DNA from: Botryllus schlosseri
Taxonomy: Eukaryota
Assembly (NCBI GenBank): GCA_051294905.1
Contig: CM119372.1
Span: 30,630,001-30,694,000, forward strand
Length of the DNA: 64,000 bases
Reading direction: 5' to 3'
Shown here: piece by piece, positions 39,301 to 51,297 of the stretch
Layout: each line of letters begins with the position of its first letter
Position numbering within the stretch: the stretch's first letter is position 1
The notes under the pieces: model-generated
Seen by the model: the letters and a program-made list of their open reading frames with translations, nothing else
Told to the model about the DNA's origin: nothing
The model's database searches: none
Program-made: the position numbers and the translations under genes

Positions 39301-42300
39301 TCAATGACATCTATGGTGCATGGCATGATGGCATGCAAGGTAAAAGTCCAACAACCGCAGCCATGCACGACAGTGCCTGAACTATATGTAGGCTGTATAG
39401 ATTGCTCGATTGATTCACTGTCGTTCAAATTTGAGGTCCTTCCCCGTTTGACGGACGCCCAGGCGAGACAATATCACTGGGTCACCCTTTCAAGCTATTC
39501 ATTTTGTTCAAGTCACCTGCACCGAGTTTTGTTGCAATGCCATGGGTCAAGTTTGCAGACCTAGTGGGTTTGGGGTGTGGTGTTTGACTTGTTGTATGGG
39601 TTATCGCTTTGCTGTTTGGGATCAACTTTTAACCGCATTTCAATCATCTTATTTACATTTTTCCATCAGGCAAGAATACACGCCTTTGACGTTGGCGGCG
39701 AAATTGGCCAACAAGGAGATGTTTGATCACATCCTGGAATTGAAGGCCGTTGAAATCTGGTCTTACGGCAGTGTCGTTTGCAAGGAGTATCCTCTCGTAG
39801 ATTTGGATTCGGTGAGTTCTTGCGGTTTCGTGCCGGTTTCTAGCTTGTGGCTCTCGATTTCAATGAATGCCAGGCAATCAGGATGTTTGTTGTTTCGGGC
39901 AAGACATTTCATTCATCCACTGCTACTATGTAATGAGGTTACGGAGGTATCGTTTAGTCTCTAATCTCGAGTTGCAGTTAGGTATCACTGATATATCAAA
40001 CCCTAGTCTAACCTTGCTTTGACCTGACCGCTTTCCTAATCCGTGAGTACAGTAGGTCAGTAACCAAATACTCAAGAACGTTTTCCCTACCACTTGCTCA
40101 AGTCTCTTTATTTTTTGACTACTCTCACCTAGGACCGTAACAACACTTTGTCAGGCCCCCCGAAAACGCTGCTCTTTGTCCCCTCAGGGTGATAAACTAA
40201 ACTTCTTGGGGGTGTACGTTGTCACAATGATACTCTCCTTGTTCTAGGTGCTTAAGGAGCTGCTGTTATCTCATCGCGCGCAGCGCTAAATAAGTCCAAT
40301 TCATTGATAAATTTGGTGAATGAAATGAGAATTGCATTTATTACAATCAAATTTTTAATTGGCGTCTTTGAACATTTAAAGCACACTTAGTACTTATACA
40401 TCTGCTGGCGGGCCTGGATATTGGCCAATGCCGCAATGCCTACCGCTAGAAATTATGCGTTTTTTCTTGGGGGAGGGATACGCATACTAACAGCCTTATA
40501 TCGTCTTCAGAGCCACTGTTTTAGTGCTTTATAACTGTATTCAACCGGCCAACCATCGTATTATTGCCAATTCCATTGTTTGCGAATTAAAATGTAGCTA
40601 AAATTGAACCCTTATTATCTGTAATATAAAGTAATTTACTATTATATATATATATAGGCTTGATAATGTAAGAATTCAAATGAAAAACAAGGGCATGCAT
40701 TTTGAGGTAATATTTTGGAATGATTTGACTGCTACGACCCACACACGATCTGAATGTTTGAATACGGCTTGCGACGAAAATTCAGGTTGAAACCCCTGTA
40801 CTAGATAGACCTTAAATGATGTGAAGTAGGAAGTTGTTTTGGTATATGTTTCCATCACTTTTGGAGCGGAGTTTTTATATCGACTGTGAAAAGCAGCCCT
40901 GAATGATGGTTACTGAATATGTTTTTGAAAATCGCTGGAATTCTTGATCCCTTTAGTCATTTTGCATCAGTCGATATTGAAATACTGTCCACAGTCGACT
41001 ACTACTAAAAGTATGCAAAGTCTCGATCAAGCCTACCTTTTAAAAGTACTTACTTGAGTTCTTTTCATGTCTTCATTTTCTACTTCAGTGGTTCTCAAAC
41101 TGGGGGGGGGGGGGGGGGGGGGGGAGATGCGTGAAGCTGCGGTCAACTATAAATTTACTTCCAATTCATCGTTATTGCTCTGTGTATAGTCCGAATTTCA
41201 GAATTGAGAATCAAATCATCAACAGTCATAACATTCCATGCTGGTTGCATATTGCGATATGACGACAATGGGGACGCAAAATGTTTCACTATCATAAAGG
41301 GGGGCGTGTCTAAAAAAGCTTGAGAACCACTGTTCTACTTTCAAGTGAAGTAGTTTTGGTATGCCCCTGATCTAACTCCAACAAAATTTTATCCCGAAAT
41401 AAAGCTAACCTAACCGTAGCCCCCAACCCAAGCTAAGATAACCTCACGCTAGGCTAGGCTAGGCTCCTAAAATATCCTGGTATATTTTTACTAGCTCATC
41501 TGTATTGCCGTCAGAATAGAACCGTGATTCAACTCTACCATACAGATCAATGCGAGAGACGGTTCGATAAATCGTGACTCGGCGTTGCACATTGTACTCT
41601 CCGAGGAAAGTGTGGACCATTTGGACATGTTGGACGGGCTGCTGTACCAACTACTACACGACAAGTGGAAATCGTATGCAAAGATCCGATTCTACAAACG
41701 GTCTTTGGCATTTTTTCTCTACATGATACTGTTTGTTACTGCGGTATATCTGCACCCGGGAAATGTAAGCACCTACACTACTGAACATTTATTTTGATTG
41801 TTATTGAAGACATTGTACTTTGTAAAATTGGTCCAATCGAAAACGTATTTGCATCAGATGAGTGAAATTGTGATGACAATAATACAATGTAGCCCTATGT
41901 ATGATGGTAGTACAATATGCGACTACAAAGAAAATCTCGCTACTAGTACCCTGCATTGACTTTGTGAGAATCTGGGTAGCATTTTACTACATGTTTTGGA
42001 TGCTGTGATAAGACCAATCCCGTGTTTCAAGGCTTCCACAGTGGGAAAAAGTTTTGAAACTATAATTTTTGTTGAAAATACATCTCTTGGAAAGGGGCGG
42101 ATAATTTCAGTATCAAAAAAATCTTCTCACAAATAATTACAACAAACAAATCAAACAATAAAATAAACTGAATTGTACTGAATGCAATATGGAATATTCC
42201 AGATTCGAGTACTCGAATCCTAGTACACGCCCTAGTTCCGAGGACGCAGCCAGCGGCAATTGAACTCGGGCTCTGGTTATCGACTGGTTTCTGCGAGACC

Positions 42301-45300
42301 AGAGCAGTAGCCACTGATCCACATCAGCTGTCTCTCATTACTCGATTTGGCTTCGAGTACACAAGTTATTGCTTCCAGCCGTAGAAATAAGCGATTTTAA
42401 AAGCAGTTACTTAGTGATTCATGTACTAATTCTTACCCTCACATCTACAGCCGGTGACCATCACGAGCCCAGCATTAAATCTCTATAGTAGGGGCTGTTA
42501 TCTGCCAACGTTTACATCCGCTGCGGACTATGCTAGGACCGTTATCGAAAGCATCGTTTTTCTGTGGGCCGGCGTATTCTTGTATTTCTCTGTGACTGAA
42601 ATTCGTTTCCAGGCAAGATCTTTATATTTTTAATGGGTTTGACGTTGAAAATATTGTTTTTTATACAATTTTGACAGGGTTTAAGGCTCTTTCTAGCCAC
42701 TTTGTACGATGCGCCCACCAAAGCCGGATTTCTCTTCTCTTGTTTGTTGGTTATCATCGTTTTACCTCTTCGAATGACGTGCGCGATCGGAGGCGAAGAC
42801 ATCTTGATATCTCTCAGCATCTGCTGCTGTATACCGTATTGCCTCTTCTTTTGCAGGTAAATATTCAAATTCTGGCAGAAGTGGTGGGACCTGTCTTTTT
42901 CTCCTGGCAAACCAATGTTTCCTGTAAGGATATCAGCAAATGGGAAAGATCGCTATGATTGATTGGCTGGTATCGAATCTTACAATAGCCTCATGTGTCA
43001 AAGGGCCGAAACTACCTTTGGTAGAAGTACAAAATGATTAGTACGTAATTTGTTCAAGTATGAAGGAATAAAAATAACTTGAGTTTTGGACTTGTTCTTG
43101 TCCTTGGCCTTCTACAACTGTCCACCTTGCTAATAAAAATGAAGAATGGGAAGCAGTGTTAGGAATATGTGCAATTTCAATTATATATACGCTCTCTTAT
43201 TTGATCTCATTTCATGCTGGTGGCGTCATATTTCGAGATACGATTGTTGATATACAATATTCTTTCCAATTCTCTACTAGTTGCTAACGATTACCCCTGA
43301 CCGAAAATATTCGAGTTCATTTCAATATGAATATACTATTCAATTGAAAATTGAAGTTCTGTACCTCCAAGAAGCTATTTAAATACGGTATATATCTGTG
43401 GTCTAGAATTTGTCATTTTGAAAGTTTCACTTTCAATTGTATCCTAAAACTTCAATCTACTTGGCAAGAGCTGAGAAGGAAAGTAGTTATTCTCCTCATG
43501 AAGACTTGCTATATTTTGTACTTTTCCGCAATCATCCCGAATCCAACTATCACATCGGTATAGCTTGACTTCTGTTGACGTATTTTTGTTCTTATTTGGT
43601 TACAGAGGCTTCAAATTGGTCGGTCCTTTCATTGTGATGATCTACAATATGATAGCCGGTGATCTGTTACGATTTCTCATTATCTACCTCATCTTTCTCC
43701 TTGGATTTTCACAAGGTAACTATGCTGGTTTGAATTCATATACATGCCGAGAAAAATAATTACAGTAACACTTAATTAATTAATGAAATAGTGTATTTTA
43801 CAGCTCATTTGAATCCATTAATCCGTTATTCCTTAATCCGTTAAATCCGTTTTGCGGAGTTGCATTTTGATTTTGGAATCCCTCTCATCACTGCTAAAGT
43901 TACACAAAAATGATAAATTGAGATATAGCTCAAATTCCGGCGTTATATCAAGTTCGGGATGTCATTTTTACTAGGGATGGTCAGTAATAAAGTGCTTCTA
44001 CTTTTTTGGCATACTCTAGTACAGGGGCGGGCAACTTCTTCAATCGGCGGGCCAGATATGGGAAAATGAAGTGCTTGGCGGGCCGGATTCCTGAATGGAT
44101 ACATTAAACGCGTGTTTATCCACCTATACAAGGATTAATCGTATTTAATGTGAGCTTTGAGTTTGAAGCATAGATACCCAAAAGCAGTATTCAATGAATT
44201 TATTAAAGTAACATTTGTCAATAACTGTTGAAGTCAATGAGACATCTGTGGTCGATCAAAGTTGTGTACAGGTTCTTTGAACTCTGGCTGCATGTCAGAT
44301 ACAAAGAAGGCAGAGAAGTATTATTCGTGTCCGAATTTAATGGAAGAATAAACTACAGTCACTATAATTTGACGTAGTATGCAAGTAGTGGAGAATTGCG
44401 GAAGACTGTGACCGACGGCCATATTATCGTTTAAAACAAAAACTGTCTGCAGCCCGCTCAAAATCACGTCGCGGGCCGGATGTTGCCCGTCCCTGCTTTA
44501 GTAGGACACTACTTACTCAGTGAATATGTTTTCAGACTACTTCCTATCCTGCTGAATGGTTTTCAAAAGTAAAATCACTTACTTTTTGACAGCTTGGATT
44601 ATGTAAAGTATTTTAACTGGAGGACTTTTCAGACCTTCCGTTTTCTACCCCTAATTTTGGCATATCTAGAAAATTGCTACTGTTTGTTGTAATTGTGAAG
44701 AGAGAGGTAGGCAGATTCTCCAATATAGAAAATGAAGTACTTGTCGTGCCAGATTCCTGAATCGATAAATCAATCCACCTATGCTAGGAAGCAATTGTAT
44801 TTAATGTAAACTTAAGTTTAAAGCAGAGAGACCAAAAACAGTATTCAATGAATTTAATAACGTAATGTACTTAAATAGCTGTTGAAGTCAATGAGGCATC
44901 TGTGGTCGATCAAAGTTGTGAACAAGTTCTTTGAACTCTGGCTGCATGTCAGACGTTGAATAGAAACACTTAGTACTGATTGCACATGAACATCAGTTAG
45001 AATTGGAACGTAGCTTTGTCAAGTTAATGTTCATGATCGAAAATGTTTGCTGGCAAATGTCCGCAGCCCTGTACAGAACAAGTAGTTTCAACTTTCAACA
45101 ATCACTATTATTTGTGTCCGTTCAGCATTTAATTATTACACTAATCAGCCTAAATTTCTCTTTGAATCATTGATATATTTTTCCAGCTTGAGGCAAGGCA
45201 TGAGATTGAATAGATAGCTAAGCCTCCAACACTTAGGGATTTATTTTGGATGCAAACTCCAACCCGCGGCCCATTAGTGTTGCACCTGAGGGAATGTACC

Positions 45301-48300
45301 ACTACACTGCTGTCTATGTTTGGTACTTATTTCACGCAGTACCTTACAACTTCTCTCGCATCAGATCTGAGCTGTAAGCCATCTCTTGATGTACAGCTAT
45401 ATAAATACCGAAGTCATGATGAGTATAATTCTCTTTTTCAGCGATGTTTGTTGTTTTCCGAGGCACTGAAAACGAATTCTTTAGCGACCAGATCCAATCG
45501 ACCATGGGCATGTTCATTATGACAATGGGCGAATTCCAAGACATCTACAACACGTTTGACACTTCGAGAAATCCGACTATTCCAAAGGTAACAGTAATAG
45601 TCTTGTCGGTTCATGATAGGTTTGTTAATGAACTTACTGGTACTGCTGCGCATACTCAGTAGATACTCTGTACTTGGCCTACTAATTTTGATGTTTAGTT
45701 TGTGAGCCACCGCTTCAAACCACTATAGCAGTCCCAAGTCAGAGTCCTTTCTACTTTTCTGCTTATAATCTCGACGAAATTTGGAGTAAAATATTCACTA
45801 AAACTATTATCCTTGTCCGGGTTGCAATCTATTCACAAGGTCCCGAGTCACAAGTCAATATTTCCATATTTTACAAGAGTCGGACTCGAGTCATTGCGAC
45901 CCTAATCCGTGCCATGCATCGTGCTGTGACAAATGAAAATGATTGACATGATTTTGAATAGCCAAGATTAAGGGAGTTATGGAAAGTGTGACATTTCCAC
46001 GCCATTCACCGAATTCCACACAAGACTGATTTACAATTCCGATTCGGAGCCTGAATTTGAAAATTAAGTTGACCCTGTCGCCAGAGATGATCAATGACCA
46101 AGTACTTCTACGTTTTCTACTTTTATCTCTACTTAACCGTTTTTAGGAAAACTGCTTAATTTTTACAATTAGGGTTTTGCAGTTTAGACAGTAGTTTTGG
46201 GGTATGTTTCCATCATGTCCATGAATCAAAATGTCATAACTGGGGCAAGTTTTTGTTGCAGTCAAATCCATGGAAAGTTGCATTTATTTTTCCTAAAAGT
46301 TGCACTAAAAAGGTACATTTATGGACAAGTTTCTTGAAATTATTAAGGAATGAGAAACTCAAATCGATCCGTGTCGAAGGCACTGTAGCAAAACTCAGTG
46401 TTGGTGACTTCGACAAAATCAATAGCCTGACAAAATTGACCCAGTGAAAATATCATTTTCGGCGGTCTACCCTGAATGTACGTCAAATCAGAAAGGGCCT
46501 CAGATTTAAACGACAGTGAAATAATCAAGCAATCTATTTACATATGGTACCAAATATTTCCAGTGAAAAGTTAGTTGCACGAAAAATCGAAAATACTTGC
46601 CAGAAAGTTGCATGAAAAATCGAAAAAAACTTGCAAAAAGTTGCATGAAAAATCGAAAAAGCTGCAACAAGTTGCTTGAAAAGATGGAGAAAAGTTGCGA
46701 TATAAGATTCCTCCAAACAGCTTAAAACACCACACTACTTAACTTCCGAGTATTTAGGGAGCTGCCAGAAGCTGTAAAAAAAGTTGTAAAAGTTGCAAAA
46801 TTTGAGTTCAAATTTACAATGTTCTGTCTAATTCTACTTCTGTGCCAGCAATGAATATTGAACCACCTCTACCGGTAACTATCATGAGTCCAAACGGTGT
46901 CTTTTCGACCGCTTTCTAACAATAAGAAATAATTTTCAGATTCTCTTCTTCTTCTACATCGTTTTCGGGTCCGTGCTGCTCTTGAACATGTTAATCGCCA
47001 TGATGGGGAACACTTTCAACCGAATCGCCCAAACCAAAAAGGAATGGCAGAGACAGTGGGCAAAGATTGTTCTTGTAAGTCCGATTTATTTTGTCGACTT
47101 GATTCAGAAACTGAAACGCAAAGTGGAAAGTAAAATTTGCCATCAAACGCTGTCTTTAATACAGCCAGAACTGACATCGTTAAAAGCACATAGTTTGCCA
47201 ATAAACCAACATTTTCTGCTGATATTAAAATGTGGCATGTTTCAACCGGAACTTCTAATTAGTGGCAGTAATTTGAAATAGCTAACCCGTGTAAATTTCG
47301 GATAGTTACGAACAGACTCTAGTTGGGAAAAAAACTGGTGCATTCAGTCCACGTCCATGTAATTGTAGTTCATGAATCACGACTTTTCAGCATATTTACC
47401 AAGAAATGAACTTTAATGGTCCTTGTAAATCAATCGAATAGTACTGCTTTGTTGAATACCTTTCCGTAATACTATCGTGCAGCACATATAAATGTAATCC
47501 GTGGTCTTTCTCGAACAACTCAATTTAGTTGGGCGACAAAGTTCATAACTGCTAAGCCAGCTTTGTTTGTCGCCCCAGAATCGTGCTACGAATATTTTGA
47601 TACGGTACGCTTAATGTTGAAACCTGACTCAGGGGAAGAGATAGACTAGATGACCGTCTGGTTGTATCGTCCCTTTTCTGTCCATACCGATTATTTGAAA
47701 TTTTCAAGTTTTCCCGGTGAGACGAATCTAATAAATGATCTATCTGTCTATCTGACTGGATCTCTCTCTCTTTCTCTCGTTCACTCATTGCTCGAGAATG
47801 TATGGAATCTTTGTCCGGCTTCAATTTCCGTTGACACTTGACTCAATGAAGTCCGAAGTAATGCAATTTCGATCTACAGGTCATCGAGCAGACGGTATCG
47901 CCGCCTAAAAGAAAGAAAAAACAACGAGGCTATTCTCAACCATACGGTGCCGATGGCAAGGATAGATCGCTAGTTATCAGAGCCAGGAAAAAGGTAGGAT
48001 CTATGTACATAGCTTTTCCAAAGCACTGCCTCTCTTAGAGTCAAGGATGGCTCATACCCAGAGTGTGTTTTTTCCCTACTTGCAGTACTTACTCAAGTGG
48101 GTATGCTTATAGATTATTTCCACTTCTACTTGAACAGTCGTTTTGTCAACTCACATTCTTACTTGGAGTAGAAAGTAGTTTTGGAATGAGTTTGCATCAC
48201 TTTTGTGCGTGAAAAAGCTCCTGTATCACCGTGACTGAATATGTTTTCAAACATTGTGCCTATTTGTAGTGTCGCCGGTACTTTTGCATTCGTTGCATCT

Positions 48301-49268
48301 TGCACTTTCAAAACTAGCCACCTCCGATTATCTGCTAAAAGCATACGACCCCTTGAACAAAGCTTTTCGAAACTACTTACTTGAGTACTTTTCGGACCTG
48401 TCATATTTTAATTCCGCACAAATTAGTTTTGACATGTCTTGCGAACCGCTACTTGTGATCAAGTAGAAATTGATGGCGTTACTTCTACTTCTACTCGAGT
48501 AACAACTCTGACTAGCTTGACCGCCTCTGTTTACACATCCCGATTTGCTCCAAGCTCGAGTTGGTAACTCCGCGGTGTCCCGCAATATTTCATAGCTTCC
48601 AAACCAGTTACTATTATTACTTTGCATGCCGAGGCCGTTTCACACGACTATCAGTTTATATCAGGAGCGGGCAAAATGACAAAATCAAGCATACAAGGAA
48701 TATATCGTACTTCATGTAAACTTCAAGTTTAAAACATAGAGACCAAAAACAGTAGTAACATCATGTACTTTAATAACTGTTGGAGTCAATGAGACATCTG
48801 TGGTCGATCAATTTTGTCCACAAATTCTTTGAGCTCTGGCTGCATGTCGGACGAAGAAACCCTTAGTAAAGACTGCAGGTGAACATCAGTTAGATTGGAG
48901 CGCTGCTTTCTCTTGTTCATGTTCATGGTCGCAACTGTTTCCTCGCGAATGCATGTGAACCCTGGCCACGGGCCTTATTATCAACTAAGACCGGATACAT
49001 GTAATGTCTCCGGGCCGTATGTTGCTCATCCCTGATTTATATGTTCTCCAACAGTCTTCGCCTTAGGTGCAGTACAAAAATTTTGCGATGTCACAAATGA
49101 ATTGCGCCTTCACTTGCGAAATGACGTCTTATCGCCCAAAATCAAAAAGACTTTGCCAGTTCCTAACTAGCTCTGCTACCATTTCAGATCGCCAGTGACG
49201 AAGATCTGGCAACGCTGAGCTCCTACGTTAAAAAGATGCATCGCGGAGTCAATAATACTGACGTATGA
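15302..49268 (+). CDS. nan: TRPV cation channel, Nanchung/OCR-like, 17 coding exons, ~758 aa
   Basis: Exons 15302-15403, 15724-15833, 33429-33598, 34669-34809, 35613-35722, 37083-37207, 38501-38654, 38942-39018, 39670-39811, 41546-41764, 42451-42612, 42678-42856, 43606-43715, 45442-45587, 46940-47074, 47880-47993, 49188-49268 (2277 nt, phases compatible). Motifs: MGN...[72 protein letters not shown], pore [36 protein letters not shown]. Confidence 0.9.
15440..15625 (+). mobile_element. Possible second tRNA-derived SINE-like sequence in TRPV intron 1
   Basis: A-box-like TAACGCAGTGG and B box GGTTCGATTCC at tRNA-like spacing; no second copy in the window. Confidence 0.4.
16767..18383 (-). CDS. 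spns1: Spinster homolog (SPNS family MFS lysolipid/sphingolipid transporter), uninterrupted CDS, nested in TRPV intron 2
   Basis: 538 aa with ~12 hydrophobic segments: [90 protein letters not shown]. Confidence 0.93.
   Translation of the reverse strand: MTDSTTQPNRDTWVKRDDSIVGSSYNVTDSQSSLLPVEKQPTHTEPQDPDTIHDLPKWKRYAGVAILTYINLLNYIDRYTIAGVLMDITQNFHIDNAQAGLLQTVFIISYMLVAPIFGYLGDRFNRIWIMAGGMLVWSGFTLLSSFIQSPDRFLLFLLTRALVGIGEASYATIAPTLIGDMFVGPKRTQMLSVFYFAIPIGGGLGYIIGAAVAEALGGWQWALRVTPVFGVIGVFLLLFVCPNPVRGASETSSRGANVGVRHSYLEDLRYLTGNMSFIWVTLGFTFSSFVIGSLTLWGPTYIANSQIATGALPACQGNACQNANISLIFGVITCVAGFAGVGIGAETARRWKIHGKLNADALVCAYGLLVGSPLLFFGVEYAKSHLTVAWILIFFADLSLCVTWTLISDMTLYVTQPNRRSTANAVQLLIGHLFGDAGSPYLLGLMADAIAADMPDTYTTKYASMKMSMYVTLFACVIGAVAFFVASFYVVEDKKKVDDFLNNLELSEDNADSGSSGTDPPSDQVGDIRNSENATVQN
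22352..22845 (+). mobile_element. hAT MITE, CAGGGGCGGGCAAC family (degenerate left end)
   Basis: Colinear with 44022-44495; right end GTTGCCCGTCCCTG. Confidence 0.75.
24098..24550. mobile_element. piggyBac-like MITE with TTAA TSD
   Basis: TTAA-CACTTTGACTGCC...GGCAGCTAAAGTG-TTAA; the empty site aatcattatacaattaacggcattgtc is seen in the next tandem unit at ~24672-24698. Confidence 0.8.
24758..26232 (-). mobile_element. hAT (Charlie/SPIN-like) deletion derivative with transposase remnant
   Basis: TIR CAGGGGTCGGCAACC; TSD gtttaggc on both sides; minus-strand remnant [32 protein letters not shown] (hAT C-terminal dimerisation domain). Confidence 0.85.
26241..27012. mobile_element. hAT MITE (CAGTGGTTCCCAACC family)
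   Basis: TIR CAGTGGTTCCCAACC / GGTTGGAAACCATTG; flanked by gtttaggc and gtctaggc; contains a fragment of another hAT MITE at ~26400-26460. Confidence 0.85.
27021..28210. mobile_element. hAT MITE (CAGGGGTGGGCAAAC family) containing a nested hAT MITE at 27740-28052
   Basis: Perfect TIR CAGGGGTGGGCAAAC / GTTTGCCCACCCCTG; TSD gtctaggc on both sides. Confidence 0.88.
28887..29832. mobile_element. TIR MITE flanked by TA
   Basis: TA-GGGGGAGATGTGGTACCGATGGATCAC...GTGATCCATCGGTACCACATCTCCCCC-TA. Confidence 0.85.
29843..30406 (+). mobile_element. hAT MITE related to the CAGGGGCGGGCAAC family
   Basis: Left end matches 44022; right end GGTTGCCGGCCCCT. Confidence 0.75.
33075..33327 (-). mobile_element. 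Old, diverged copy of the tRNA-derived SINE
   Basis: ctccatgctatcc, tgctgagcgcc, ggattgaacccatg and agaagccggac align with the SINE at 13784-14044. Confidence 0.7.
36564..36894. mobile_element. hAT-type MITE (TAGGGTTGCCAT termini)
   Basis: TAGGGTTGCCATA / TATGGTAACCCTA with AAGAGGACAC-type subterminal motifs; TSD degenerate. Confidence 0.7.
43205..43340 (+). mobile_element. Hammerhead-repeat family copy 2, catalytic core deleted, in TRPV intron 12
   Basis: Colinear with 57865-58017 but reads CCCCTGA-CCGAAAATATTCGAGT: 10-nt deletion (cgagtgtcag) plus substitutions in helix I and the pseudoknot strand. Confidence 0.85.
44022..44495 (+). mobile_element. hAT MITE, CAGGGGCGGGCAAC family
   Basis: TIR CAGGGGCGGGCAAC / GTTGCCCGTCCCTG; TSD ctctagta / ctttagta; further partial copies at ~44710-44955 and 48662-49034. 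Confidence 0.88.
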
Positions 49269-49378
49269 AGACTGGAGAACCAAAGCATCATCCTTATATA
49301 CAACTGATTGCAAATACTGTAGCACCGTCTCCGTGATCTTTCTAGATATTTATTTACCATCACATATGCACTTATTTT

Positions 49379-49934
49379 CAAAGGTGGTCACTAACACGGT
49401 TCTTCTACTTTTTCGTAGTAGTCAAGTCGTTTTTTTGTCGACTTTTCGTTAGCTACTCGAGTGATTATGCATTTAGAGCACTCCCACTTCTATTATACAG
49501 TTTTTTAGGCAAACTACTTACCATACTTTTTAATATTCGGATTTTGTCAACTATAAAGTAGTTTCAAGATATGTTTGTAGCATTTTTGTGAGTGATATTA
49601 TCATAACTTGGCGAAACAGCCCCTTTATCACGGTAACTGAATATATTTCCGACGATTGCACCCATGTATAGTGTCATTGTTCATTTTGCATTTGTCCTGA
49701 AGATGGTTCTTGCAATTTCTAACGAAGCCACCTCCGATTATTATGTGGTAAAAGAATATTATCCCTCAACCAAATCAAATACTTAATTGAGTATTTTCCT
49801 TACATTAATTCGTTGGTTCCACTGGAATTAGTTTTGACATGTCTTGGATATCATGACTTCTACTTGTAATTGAGTAGAACTATATGGCGTTACTTCTACT
49901 TGAGTACCCATTCAGACTACTATGACCGTCTCTG
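49379..49934. repeat. Old dispersed MITE family rich in ACTACTT/AGTA motifs (CAGAGGTGGTCA-like termini)
   Basis: CAAAGGTGGTCA...TGACCGTCTCTG; related diverged copies at ~16180-16450, 18590-19100, 22093-22320, 37290-37915, 48058-48528 and 63100-63240. Confidence 0.65.
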
Positions 49935-50152
49935 TATATTTCCTAGGAAAAAATTGCCCTCAATTTTCATTTCCTGCGATGGTATCATGTCAGTGTGTCA
50001 ACGAGGAGAAGACCACAATCTTGAACTTTTTTATGCACAAGTTTTCTTTATGTCGTATCGCAGCATACGAAACATGTAGTACAAAGCCACACACATTCGT
50101 GGAAGAGATATTTCTGTGAACTCGCGATCAACCCACAGCATCGTCACAGCGC

Positions 50153-50404
50153 AAAGCGAGATAGTGTAATGGTTATGCGTCCGGCTTCTCGATTGGTAGG
50201 TCGTGGGTTCGATCCCCGGCCGGGTCATACCAAAGACTCGAAAATTGGTATCCGCAGCTATCCTGCTAGGCGCTCAGCAATCACGGATAGCATGGAGGAG
50301 AAAAAAACGGGTGCTGACTAGATGACCTCACGGCCGTATCGCGTATAACTCCGTCGTCAAAGCATCTCGATGGTGCAGGCGAAAAAGAATATATCTCTCT
50401 CTCT
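50153..50404 (+). mobile_element. tRNA-derived SINE (copy B)
   Basis: A box 50162-50172, CTC at the anticodon-equivalent position, B box 50206-50215, body near-identical to 13784-14044, (CT)n tail. Confidence 0.88.
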
Positions 50405-50419
50405 GAGGCATGTCTGTCG

Positions 50420-51297
50420 CAGCACAAACATATCCCAGACACGATGTCCGAGTGACAACATAGTCCTAACACCCCAGACATGATGTCCGAACACACCTTG
50501 GGCACGATGTCCGAGTTGCAAAACTGTCCGAACGCACCCAAGACATCATGTCCGAACACACCCCAGCCACGATGTCCGAGGGGCAAAACAGTCCGAACTC
50601 ACCCCAGATACGATGTCCGAATGGCAACACAGTCCGCACATTAGGGCTGTTCAAAAATAACTTTTTTTTTCGGATTCCAGCCATTCAGTGATTAAATTGT
50701 CAGGTTACCTTAAAAAATGCTGCACACCAAATTTGGTTCAATTCTAACAAGTATAGGGCTCCGCGGATCAAATTAAAATTTTAAATTTATACAGGAAAAT
50801 TGAAATAAAAAAAATTTACAAATTTTTCTGTCAACCCCATGAAATTGTTGAGCTGTCTTCAGAGACGACGCAAAAAAAATTTGACTCAATTCGGACTAGT
50901 AGAAGTGGAGTTATTGGAGTTTTTCGTTGATAATTCTCCAATTATCCTTGATTGGTGGATAATCCGAGAATTATCAACGAAAAACTCCAATAACTCCACT
51001 TCTACTAGTCCGAATTGAGTCAAATTTTTTTTGCATCGTCTCTGAAGACCGCTCAACAATTTCATGGGGTTGAGAGAAAAATTTGAATTTTTTTTTTTAA
51101 ATTTTACGTAGTAAATTAAAAATTTTAATTGGCTCTGCGGACGCTTAGACATGTTCGAATTGAACCAAATTTGGTGTGCAGCCTTTGTTGTGGCAACCTG
51201 ACAATTTAATCAGTGAATGGCTGGAATCAGGAAAAAAAAGTTATTTTTGAACAGCCCTACCGCACATACCCCAGACTCGATGTCCGAACACCCCCTA
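50420..51297 (+). repeat. Fragment of the Foldback GACACGATGTCCGA tandem-repeat arm, split by a MITE
   Basis: Same ~22-25-bp units as 11000-11500 and 12140-12770. Confidence 0.8.
50642..51259. mobile_element. Fully palindromic hAT-type MITE (618 bp)
   Basis: TAGGGCTGTTCAAAAATAAC...GTTATTTTTGAACAGCCCTA; arms complementary up to a centre near 50950; perfect TSD ccgcacat (50634-50641, 51260-51267). Confidence 0.92.

Noticed and set aside
41101..41125. Poly-G tracts (also 23657-23675, 12442-12452) as G-quadruplex regulators
   Set aside because: Simple homopolymers, mostly inside repeats, with no further support for function.
50153..50230. tRNA-Glu(CTC) gene (also 13970-14044)
   Set aside because: The acceptor stem does not close convincingly and the head continues into a shared body and (CT)n tail, so it is a SINE head.
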